The position numbers and the translations under genes were made by a program. Positions 9,213 to 16,413 of a DNA stretch of 40,832 bases are shown here, piece after piece (position 1 is the stretch's first letter; each line of letters opens with the position of its first letter). The notes beneath the pieces are model-generated. The model did not search any database, was not told the DNA's origin, and was given only the letters and a program-made list of their open reading frames with translations. Origin of the DNA: a virus. Its lineage: Duplodnaviria; Caudoviricetes. The stretch lies in the IMG/VR virus record IMGVR_UViG_3300034053_000015, positions 1 through 40,832 of that record; one strand, given 5' to 3'.

Positions 9213-9420
9213 GGTCGCAGGAACCATCAATCACACTTGGCAGGTGTATGACCATCAGCCGCCAGTGTTTGTCGGGAAGGATAAGTTTGGCGATGATCAG
9301 TATCGGGCTAATCTCGTTCCGGTAGGAATCATCACCGCCACAACCAACTCGGGAGCCTGGGTCAAGGCTCACGATCTCTGCTCTCTCCCTGTTCTGGAGG
9401 TGATTCAAAATGTCCACTAG
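9202..9420 (+). CDS. Hypothetical protein
   Basis: SD GGAGG; tight packing. Confidence 0.65.
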   Translation: MAIKVAGTINHTWQVYDHQPPVFVGKDKFGDDQYRANLVPVGIITATTNSGAWVKAHDLCSLPVLEVIQNVH

Positions 9421-9625
9421 TTCAGACGTCGTAGCAACAATCGCTCTGGAAACCGCCCGTCAAGAGCTGCATTCCATCTATCCGATGAAAACCATGATGG
9501 CCATCTCAATCGGTCGGGTCAGTGCAGCGAACTTCATTGAGCCTAGCATCCAGACTCAATCAGCCCTGAATGAGGTTCATTTCCTCAACCGTTACGCCTA
9601 CCGTCACCGGCTGTTCAAGGATTGA
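9410..9625 (+). CDS. Hypothetical protein
   Basis: SD GGAGGT; tight packing. Confidence 0.6.
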   Translation: MSTSSDVVATIALETARQELHSIYPMKTMMAISIGRVSAANFIEPSIQTQSALNEVHFLNRYAYRHRLFKD

Positions 9626-9675
9626 TCATGCGAGTCAAGGAAGCCCTACTTAGCGACTACGAAAGGGAGTGTGTC

Positions 9676-9831
9676 ATGCAAGACTATGACCCTATGGAAG
9701 AACTCCATCACGATGCTCACTTTGCCATGCTTAAGGCCAGTGAGCTCCTGACGGCAGACGAGATCAAGATCATGTGCTACATCACCGGCCTCAATTCATC
9801 CGATTACATCAAACAAGGAGAAGCACAATGA
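9676..9831 (+). CDS. Hypothetical protein (start could be 9622 or 9628)
   Basis: SD AGGGAG before ATG 9676; ATGA coupling to the next gene. Confidence 0.55.
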   Translation: MQDYDPMEELHHDAHFAMLKASELLTADEIKIMCYITGLNSSDYIKQGEAQ

Positions 9832-10403
9832 AATTCTCAGCAACCTCTGGAAGTTTTGAAAACGTCGAACCGGGATCTTATGCCGCCGTCTGTATTCGCA
9901 TGATTGATCTCGGCTCACATGAGTCAACGTGGGAGGGTGCAACTAAGATTAATCATAAGGTCAAGATTGTTTGGGAACTTTCTGAGAAGATGGCCGATGG
10001 GCGTCCGTTCATTACCAGTAGGGATTTCAATATTTCGATGCACGAGAAATCAACTCTTCGTGGGTTCTTGAAGGGGTGGAGAGGGCGAGATTTTGACGAT
10101 CAGGAATTGAAATCCTTTGATCCAAAGGTTCTGATCGGTAAAGGCTGTTTGTTGTCGATGGTGCAGAAGGGGGAATACGTCAATGTCGAATCGGCTTCCC
10201 GACTTCCTAAAGGTATGGAGGCTCCGGCGATCGTGAATCCGACCATCTTCTTCAGCCTTAGTGACTTCGATCAGGCCGAGTTCGACAAGATCTCCGACAA
10301 GATCAAGGAGAAGATCATGCTATCACCTGAATACAAATCCCTGAAGGGTGAAGGCAAAGCCGCTGACACTGAGTTCAGCCCTGAAGACGAACTGACTTTC
10401 TAA
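9828..10403 (+). CDS. Phage SSB/replication protein (NGO0469-like)
   Basis: PGSY.A.C..MIDLG, SMHEKSTLR..L..WRGR.F, LIGK.C; acidic ...EDELTF tail; SD AAGGAG. Confidence 0.75.
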   Translation: MKFSATSGSFENVEPGSYAAVCIRMIDLGSHESTWEGATKINHKVKIVWELSEKMADGRPFITSRDFNISMHEKSTLRGFLKGWRGRDFDDQELKSFDPKVLIGKGCLLSMVQKGEYVNVESASRLPKGMEAPAIVNPTIFFSLSDFDQAEFDKISDKIKEKIMLSPEYKSLKGEGKAADTEFSPEDELTF

Positions 10404-10405
10404 TC

Positions 10406-11218
10406 ATGATCCTATCCAATCAAAAAGCAGTCCCCGAATCGACCCATTACTACCGGATGGACGGTAGCCCGTGTTATACGGTGATTGGGGCTAATGGAAA
10501 AGAGCGGCCGGTTACGATTAGAGAGGCACGCACCCTCCATTTGGTGCCTTCTGTAACCCAAGTACTCAAGGTCATGGCTAATGATGGCATAAAACGGTAC
10601 ATTGAAGATCAGATCATCAAGGCAGCATGGAACTACTTTGTAACTGCTCAAGCAGCTTCTGCACTTAGCGGGAATATCTCAGTATCAGACTTTGAAAGTT
10701 ATCAGCAAACTGTGCGTGCAGATAGTAAGGATCATGCGAAAACTGCTGCCGAACTCGGTACTTCAATCCACGCCTCCCTGGAACAGGCTTACGAAGGGGT
10801 GATGGTGAGTCATGATCCGCTTCATGTGGCTTCAGTAACATCAACCATGAGGGCTATCAAGAATACCTTTGGTGAGCAGGATTGGAAGGCTGAAAAGTCC
10901 TTTGCTGATGAACACTGGCTCTATGGCGGGAAGATTGATCTGTGTTCTACGGATATTGTGATCGACTTCAAGACTTCCGCTTTCGACGAGACTAAGAAGG
11001 AGCGGGAGTTCGGCTACCTTGAACATCAGATCCAGATTTCGGCATACGCTGCTGCTATCGGATGTACCCGTGGAGTGAATGTCTATGTCTCAACCTCCGT
11101 CCCAGGTCTAGTCCATATCAAGGAGTGGTCTGAGCAAGAGATGGCTGATGGCTTTGAAATGTTCCGGGCTGCGCTGAAGTTCTGGCAGATCAAGAACAAA
11201 TACGAGGTGAAGCCATGA
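10406..11218 (+). CDS. PD-(D/E)XK exonuclease
   Basis: PSVTQVL, GTSIH, EKSF, YGGKIDL, VIDFKT, QISAY. Confidence 0.85.
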   Translation: MILSNQKAVPESTHYYRMDGSPCYTVIGANGKERPVTIREARTLHLVPSVTQVLKVMANDGIKRYIEDQIIKAAWNYFVTAQAASALSGNISVSDFESYQQTVRADSKDHAKTAAELGTSIHASLEQAYEGVMVSHDPLHVASVTSTMRAIKNTFGEQDWKAEKSFADEHWLYGGKIDLCSTDIVIDFKTSAFDETKKEREFGYLEHQIQISAYAAAIGCTRGVNVYVSTSVPGLVHIKEWSEQEMADGFEMFRAALKFWQIKNKYEVKP

Positions 11219-11490
11219 GTTATATCCCTTCAGACAACGCACGGTGTTACATCCAAGGAACCACTCGGATGATTACCTACACCGCTATCCCGGTGGATCT
11301 TCCAGGGGTGTATCAAACCGTCCTGATGCAATTGGGTCAGCGGTGCATCCTTACCCGAGGCAGAGCAGAGTATGTCAATGCGCAGCATGAGTTAGACGCT
11401 TATGAGAGGAAACTCCGTGCTGAATTCGGTCAACTTGTTACGCGTGAGGAGTACTTTCCTCGCATGTGGAATGGGAGAGATGATGTCTGA
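11215..11490 (+). CDS. Hypothetical protein
   Basis: ATGA coupling, SD GAGGT. Confidence 0.65.
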   Translation: MSYIPSDNARCYIQGTTRMITYTAIPVDLPGVYQTVLMQLGQRCILTRGRAEYVNAQHELDAYERKLRAEFGQLVTREEYFPRMWNGRDDV

Positions 11491-11653
11491 CGAACTTATC
11501 GGATGGGGAATTGGTCTGTGGCTGGTTGCATCATGGGTCACTCATATCTTCACCTGCTTGGCTACCGGCGCATGGGGGTTCCTGATTGCAGGGGCGTTAG
11601 TTTTCCCCATAGCCAATATCCACGGCACGGGTGTTTGGTTTGGGTGGTGGTAA
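11483..11653 (+). CDS. Small membrane protein
   Basis: SWVTHI..C...AWGFLIAGALVFPI..IHG; two TM segments. Confidence 0.7.
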   Translation: MSDELIGWGIGLWLVASWVTHIFTCLATGAWGFLIAGALVFPIANIHGTGVWFGWW

Positions 11654-11655
11654 TC

Positions 11656-11820
11656 ATGCTGAACGTTTTCTATAAATTCATGCTGTGGATCACCGAGTTT
11701 GAACTGGCTATTGCCTGTACGTCAGGCGGCAGTCCGCACCATATCCGCCGGTTGAAAGCCGACGTGTATCGGTGGCGTCGGGAAGTCGAGATGGCCGAGT
11801 TCAAGCGGTATGTGAAATAA
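11656..11820 (+). CDS. Hypothetical protein
   Basis: ATG 3 nt after the previous stop. Confidence 0.5.
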   Translation: MLNVFYKFMLWITEFELAIACTSGGSPHHIRRLKADVYRWRREVEMAEFKRYVK

Positions 11821-11991
11821 CCGAACTCAACAAGGGGCGCTCTCTTAAGAAAGGAGAAAAGGCGCTGGTCGGGAAAACCTGCCCGCCCCTTGTTTGAGTA
11901 ACTAACCACGCCAACCCCTTCTTTTAACTCACTTGGAAGGTGGTAGAAGAAAGCGGTAATCGCGGGGTTGGCACCCTTTAGGAGATGTGAG

Positions 11992-12201
11992 ATGGTGAAA
12001 CTATGTAGAGACTGCAAACACGTATTACCCGAACCGGGTAGTGAATGGAACCTACGCTGTATGAATCCAGAGGTGAATGCAAAAGACCCGTGGGCATTGG
12101 CTAGTGCAAAGCCTCATGGAAGTTGCGCCCGTGACGAGAGAACCAAAACGTGGTGGGGTGCAGTTTGCGGTATGAAGGGTGACTTGTGGGTGGCGAAATG
12201 A
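11992..12201 (+). CDS. Small Cys-rich protein
   Basis: LCRDCKH..C..C..ER..CG; SD AGGAG. Confidence 0.7.
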   Translation: MVKLCRDCKHVLPEPGSEWNLRCMNPEVNAKDPWALASAKPHGSCARDERTKTWWGAVCGMKGDLWVAK

Positions 12202-12500
12202 AAGCAGACACGATACGCGAATTGGCACTGGTGTCATCACAAGGTGAGCCAGTCAGCAATCAGTTAAGCAACAGCTTGATCCTGATGGCATGGACACCGT
12301 TCTTGGTGCGGTTTGCCAACAACGTGATTGAACGGTTCCTGTATGACTCCGATCAGTACATTACGAACGATGCGAGCCGTAAGGCACATGTGAATAATGA
12401 GATTGCCGACGAACTGGAGAGGTTGGCGAATATGTCGGTGCTGGATCGAAATTGCGATTATCTGTTGCGTCGGGCTGCTGAGTTGAGGGGGAAGAAATGA
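12198..12500 (+). CDS. Hypothetical protein
   Basis: ATGA coupling. Confidence 0.6.
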   Translation: MKADTIRELALVSSQGEPVSNQLSNSLILMAWTPFLVRFANNVIERFLYDSDQYITNDASRKAHVNNEIADELERLANMSVLDRNCDYLLRRAAELRGKK

Positions 12501-12685
12501 GCGACGAAATCAAGAATCTACTATCAGTCTGCCATGTCCACTTGAACCACGTTGAAAGGTTCTTGGAAGTAGGCCAGCCGAACAAAGCCGAGTTCAGGGC
12601 AAGAGAGCTGGCTGAGAACGCTCGACTGTTGAGCAATGCATTGTTCTATGAGATGCACGTGAGCGGGACGGTGGCGAAGACATGA
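12497..12685 (+). CDS. Hypothetical protein
   Basis: ATGA coupling at both ends. Confidence 0.6.
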   Translation: MSDEIKNLLSVCHVHLNHVERFLEVGQPNKAEFRARELAENARLLSNALFYEMHVSGTVAKT

Positions 12686-12903
12686 CAAATAAAGAGATTA
12701 TTGCGATGGCGAAGCAAGTATTTGACTTTACCGACGATGACGCACCAGAAGAAGTAATCACATTCGCCAGACTCATTGCCAAGCGGCAGATGGGAAAAGA
12801 TGCCGAGATTTGTGCTGTTAAGTGGAATGGTGATGCAGACACCTATGAGTGGTCAGAAGCATGTAACGAATGCGCCGCCGCAATCTTGGCGCAGGAGGAT
12901 TGA
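12682..12903 (+). CDS. Hypothetical protein
   Basis: MT.KEII.MA..FARLI..CAAAI pattern typical of small phage proteins. Confidence 0.65.
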   Translation: MTNKEIIAMAKQVFDFTDDDAPEEVITFARLIAKRQMGKDAEICAVKWNGDADTYEWSEACNECAAAILAQED

Positions 12904-12904
12904 G

Positions 12905-13153
12905 ATGAAACGCAAGTTATTGGAGCAGGCGCTTGAGGCGTTGGAGACTGTCCGTACTCAGAACATGTCGTCACTTATACATCCAGCTAAGACCGCAATC
13001 CGCGAGTACCTCGCGCATGATACGGCTAACGAGAAGCACGGATGTCATGGAGGCGATGGTTCAACAACATCGGGGTGCAACTTTGGAGAAGCGTGTGCCG
13101 CAGCAAGGACTGAGAAGTGGAACATCCCTTTGTATACCAAGGAGAAGCTATGA
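12905..13153 (+). CDS. Hypothetical protein
   Basis: SD GGAGG; LLEQALEALE...PLYT pattern. Confidence 0.65.
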   Translation: MKRKLLEQALEALETVRTQNMSSLIHPAKTAIREYLAHDTANEKHGCHGGDGSTTSGCNFGEACAAARTEKWNIPLYTKEKL

Positions 13154-13467
13154 CTTTAGAACAGATGATCGAAGTTCTACAAGCAGCGCAGCGCGGGGAG
13201 CAGATTTACTACCGGCGGCATGATGACAAGAAGTGGGTAAAGATGGCGCACTGTGAATTTAACTTCTCCAGCTTCGACTACCGCATCGCCCCGAAGAAGG
13301 AATTGAGTCTGGTGGAGGAGTTGCGTGAATATCAGGGTAAAGCGTTTTCTGATATTCGCAATCGTGCTGCTGACCGTATCGAAGAGTTGGAGAGCCACGC
13401 AGCGAACTGGGCACCAATGCTCACGACAGATCAACTACTCGACGAGATCAAGCGGAGAATGAAATGA
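13150..13467 (+). CDS. Hypothetical protein
   Basis: SD AAGGAG; MIEVLQA..RGEQI..FNF...DYRIAP..AADRIEEL. Confidence 0.7.
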   Translation: MTLEQMIEVLQAAQRGEQIYYRRHDDKKWVKMAHCEFNFSSFDYRIAPKKELSLVEELREYQGKAFSDIRNRAADRIEELESHAANWAPMLTTDQLLDEIKRRMK

Positions 13468-13670
13468 ACCACCGAAAGATCACAACAAAACCCTGCTCCC
13501 ACTGCGGGCAGGAGTATGGGAGTAGCAGGAAGGATTCAAAGTATTGCAGCAGGAAGTGTTCAAACGACGCGAACCATGCGAAGAGGAATCTGCATCCCGG
13601 TCTGGGTGCGGTGAAGCGTAACGATGACTGGTGGAAAACTTTTGGGGTGAGGACGGTATGCCAGTCTTAG
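13464..13670 (+). CDS. Small zinc-finger protein
   Basis: CSHCG..YCSRKC. Confidence 0.6.
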   Translation: MNHRKITTKPCSHCGQEYGSSRKDSKYCSRKCSNDANHAKRNLHPGLGAVKRNDDWWKTFGVRTVCQS

Positions 13671-13933
13671 ACCATGCCATCCACCCATCAACCCAGCACG
13701 GTGATGATTACCGCTATGGGTGTCACAGCAAGCGAAACCCCGGCAGGAAGTCACCCGGCTACTGGGTCAAGGTCAGGGAGTACTACCCGGATGGTATGTT
13801 CGATATGGTCGATCAGTTCGTCTTGCACAACATGTCGGTGAAATGCCGGTACATGGACAGGGCGGCGGACGCTAACTGCCGTGACTGCACGAATGAGTCA
13901 GATATGAAGTATTTCAAGGAGTATGGAATATGA
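13658..13933 (+). CDS. Hypothetical Cys/His protein
   Basis: SD GAGG; RYGCH..CRY..CRDC. Confidence 0.65.
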   Translation: MPVLDHAIHPSTQHGDDYRYGCHSKRNPGRKSPGYWVKVREYYPDGMFDMVDQFVLHNMSVKCRYMDRAADANCRDCTNESDMKYFKEYGI

Positions 13934-14163
13934 ACCCCTACACTCACCCAGACTCGGTTACGCCAGTACTAAAGAAAGATCCGATAGTCGAAGCAGTAAT
14001 GCAGAAACTGTACGTCAGATCACAAGTGGGGATCAATAAGTACGGAACCACATTAAACCGTACCGACCTGTCACGCCTTGAATGGCTTAACCATGCGCAG
14101 CAGGAAGCGATGGATCTAGCCAACTACCTTGAGAAGTTGATTCAGATAGAATTGAACAAGTAG
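13930..14163 (+). CDS. Small conserved phage protein, possibly all-alpha NTP-pyrophosphatase-like
   Basis: RS.VG..KYGTTL.R.DL...WL.HAQQEAMD.ANYLEK. Confidence 0.7.
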   Translation: MNPYTHPDSVTPVLKKDPIVEAVMQKLYVRSQVGINKYGTTLNRTDLSRLEWLNHAQQEAMDLANYLEKLIQIELNK

Positions 14164-14272
14164 TCGTTCGACTAGAGAACCGATTATTACGCGACATGGA
14201 TCGGTCATTTAGAGAGGCTTTACTTGCGCCTCACTCCCCTAGCCTGACGGTGGCAGGAATGTCGCAAACCAC

Positions 14273-14674
14273 CTATTTAGCAGCTACATCCTTGGCCTTC
14301 TCAAACGACCGGAATGCACCAAGACCGAGCATCCCTAGCAATACCTGGAGCGTTAGATCAGTATCTATATCCGGGAACGCACCTGTATAGCCAAACCATA
14401 CAGATGACACAAAACGGGCGACAGGCTCCAAGATGGCTGCGTAGGCGAGGGCTGATGCGCAAACCCAACCTGCTGCTGGGCGCCATCCTGCCACGAAGAC
14501 ACTGGGATGTTCGGCTTCCTTGATGTTGATTTGAATCTGACTGAGTTGGGCATCTAGCTCTCCTCTGGCTTGCATCTGCAACAGATCCGCCTTGGCCTTG
14601 GCAGCAGCACCAGCGTCAGGGATTAACTTGTCTATCACCGACATTATCGGTGCAATCAGTAAAGTCCAACTCAT
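14273..14674 (-). CDS. Holin (3TM/GTA-type)
   Basis: IDKLIPD, EA.H.S.FVAGWRP..GWVC, LLGMLGLG..RSFEK. Confidence 0.85.
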   Translation of the reverse strand: MSWTLLIAPIMSVIDKLIPDAGAAAKAKADLLQMQARGELDAQLSQIQINIKEAEHPSVFVAGWRPAAGWVCASALAYAAILEPVARFVSSVWFGYTGAFPDIDTDLTLQVLLGMLGLGAFRSFEKAKDVAAK

Positions 14675-14886
14675 TTGACCTCCTTCAGCTTCACATGCTC
14701 CTGCGAGCGGCGATACTGGTTAATCTCCTCGATCATCTGCTTACGGGCGATATGCTCCCTAAGTTCCTCTGACGGATACGGCGCGTCGGGCTTGAGGTGC
14801 AATTCCTTAATCATCTCCGAGATCAGTGGAGTCCGAAGCACCGGAGTGGCCGGCTCAGGGTGGGTGTAGATGTCAGTCATCATCAT
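14671..14886 (-). CDS. Hypothetical protein
   Basis: ATGA coupling to holin. Confidence 0.6.
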   Translation of the reverse strand: MMMTDIYTHPEPATPVLRTPLISEMIKELHLKPDAPYPSEELREHIARKQMIEEINQYRRSQEHVKLKEVK

Positions 14887-14962
14887 CCCTCGACAGGTAC
14901 AGAACTATCATCACACCGATCAACGGGACTGCGGCAATCATCAAGGAGAAGGTATCAATCAT
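14873..14962 (-). CDS. 29-aa membrane micropeptide MIDTFSLMIAAVPLIGVMIVLYLSRDDDD
   Basis: Overlaps both neighbours; one TM plus acidic tail. Confidence 0.5.
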   Translation of the reverse strand: MIDTFSLMIAAVPLIGVMIVLYLSRDDDD

Positions 14963-15053
14963 CGAAATCATCCATACTCTTGCTGGCGTACGCAATAAGG
15001 GCCACACAGCCAATGAAGATGCCTACGCTGGCGATGAAGAGAACGTCGATCAT
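14955..15053 (-). CDS. 32-aa membrane micropeptide MIDVLFIASVGIFIGCVALIAYASKSMDDFDD
   Basis: ATGA coupling; one TM plus acidic tail. Confidence 0.5.
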   Translation of the reverse strand: MIDVLFIASVGIFIGCVALIAYASKSMDDFDD

Positions 15054-15202
15054 TGCAGAGGTAACTCTTCATAAAGCTCGCGGCGATCCATTGAGTTGTG
15101 AATCACGATGTCATCCTCCTCATCAACCGTCGGATTGCACCAGCAAGTGTCGGTCATCTCGTGTGGCTTGATGTCCTCGACAGGATAGATGTGCTGTTTC
15201 AC
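15050..15202 (-). CDS. Small His/Cys protein (50 aa)
   Basis: GTG start, SD GGAGG; HIYP..D..PH...CWCNP...IHNSMDRRE. Confidence 0.7.
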   Translation of the reverse strand: MKQHIYPVEDIKPHEMTDTCWCNPTVDEEDDIVIHNSMDRRELYEELPLQ

Positions 15203-15420
15203 GACATCGCCTCCTTTGGCATATAGCCATGTAGGTACTTTTCGGCTGTTTTACGATTCTTGCTCTCCGCGTACTTGGCGAGCTTGGCATTCTTCTCGGC
15301 ATACAGCGCCTGCGTGATCTTCGCGCATTGGGTATGGTCAATTCCCCTAGCAGCCCGTCCATAGCGGAGCTTGCCACAGACTTCACAGGGACGAGAGCCA
15401 AGGCGGTCAGTGAAGTTCAT
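15199..15420 (-). CDS. Hypothetical zinc-finger protein
   Basis: ATGA coupling to endolysin; CEVCG..H..C. Confidence 0.6.
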   Translation of the reverse strand: MNFTDRLGSRPCEVCGKLRYGRAARGIDHTQCAKITQALYAEKNAKLAKYAESKNRKTAEKYLHGYMPKEAMS

Positions 15421-15875
15421 GCGACGAGTGGCAGGAAGGGTTTTCCCGCTTGCTTGATGAGGACTTGACCTCTTGGGCGTGTGGCGAATCCGATATGGCA
15501 CCAGCCGCCGGAGGGGGATTCTGGATACTCACTTATGATTTGGTCATAAGCAAGACGATCAAAGTGTTTCCGCAACGCAGCAACCACTTCGACCGGGCGA
15601 CCGAAACTTGGGCAGAGGAAATCCACTGCATTCCCGGTCATGTGCGCCGAGGTGGAAGAGCCACCTACTCCGGCATTGACTTGGGGACTACGATAGCCGC
15701 TGGTCACAACGATGGGCTTATTCCCTAGAATAGATCGCACCACTTCCATTCTGTCGGCTAACCGTGTCAAGTTGGCGACGATCACGCTCGACGGGGTATT
15801 GTCCAGCCCCATCCGCACGGCGTACTCGCTATGCGTTAGCTCGTCTAAAGTGAAGTAGGGGCTAAGGCGTGTCAT
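15417..15875 (-). CDS. Endolysin, peptidase M15A family
   Basis: LSPYFTLDEL..S, TSGYRS..VN..VGG..SAHM.G.AVD, DQII.E, WCHI. Confidence 0.92.
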   Translation of the reverse strand: MTRLSPYFTLDELTHSEYAVRMGLDNTPSSVIVANLTRLADRMEVVRSILGNKPIVVTSGYRSPQVNAGVGGSSTSAHMTGNAVDFLCPSFGRPVEVVAALRKHFDRLAYDQIISEYPESPSGGWCHIGFATRPRGQVLIKQAGKPFLPLVA

Positions 15876-16080
15876 GCTGATGCTTGAGCGTACATCTGGC
15901 TTCAATGACCGATACGCGCCGATCAAGGCTAGTGACTCCCTCTCGCAGATCGGTTTCCAGAGACTGGAGTGAGGTCTTAACCTCCTTGATCTCTGACTTT
16001 ATCCCGTTGAGGGTATAGACGGCGAAGAATCCGATGATGGCCAATAGGCCGGGGATCAGGTCTTGGGCGTGTTCGATCAT
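15862..16080 (-). CDS. Single-TM coiled-coil lysis-associated protein (holin/antiholin-like)
   Basis: N-terminal TM plus coiled coil ending LDRRVSVIE; directly upstream of endolysin. Confidence 0.6.
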   Translation of the reverse strand: MIEHAQDLIPGLLAIIGFFAVYTLNGIKSEIKEVKTSLQSLETDLREGVTSLDRRVSVIEARCTLKHQHDTP

Positions 16081-16412
16081 CGTAATTTCTCCAAAGCATC
16101 TGCTTCTGTAATTGAAAGGTTGTATCTGGTAGCAATGAATCTGGCAAACATCGCCCTTCTATCTTCTGCATAATACCCTGATTGCACCTTGTATGCCTGT
16201 ACCTCAGACCAGAGCTTGTATCTATCAGACAAGAGATACAGGAATGAGTGCATACCCAATGTCCTGAACCACTGCTTTACATGTTCTAGTTCATGTTGGT
16301 ACAGGCCAATATCATCCTTGTGAGATTTAAGAAGCCTGATTACAGGCCCATTAGCCGTCCCTGAAAAACCATCAGGGAGGCTGTCAACATAGAAGGTTAG
16401 TGGATATGTCAT
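16077..16412 (-). CDS. Small zincin-like metallopeptidase
   Basis: HELEH motif and downstream EVQAY. Confidence 0.65.
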   Translation of the reverse strand: MTYPLTFYVDSLPDGFSGTANGPVIRLLKSHKDDIGLYQHELEHVKQWFRTLGMHSFLYLLSDRYKLWSEVQAYKVQSGYYAEDRRAMFARFIATRYNLSITEADALEKLR

Positions 16413-16413
16413 T

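Noticed and set aside
10406-11218. Cas4/CRISPR association
   Set aside because: Lacks the Fe-S cysteines; an ordinary phage PD-(D/E)XK exonuclease next to an SSB-like gene
14191-14271. tRNA (7-bp acceptor-like stem, nearby CCA)
   Set aside because: No TTCRA T-loop, D-loop or proper anticodon arm, and the CCA is misplaced; kept only as a structured RNA candidate
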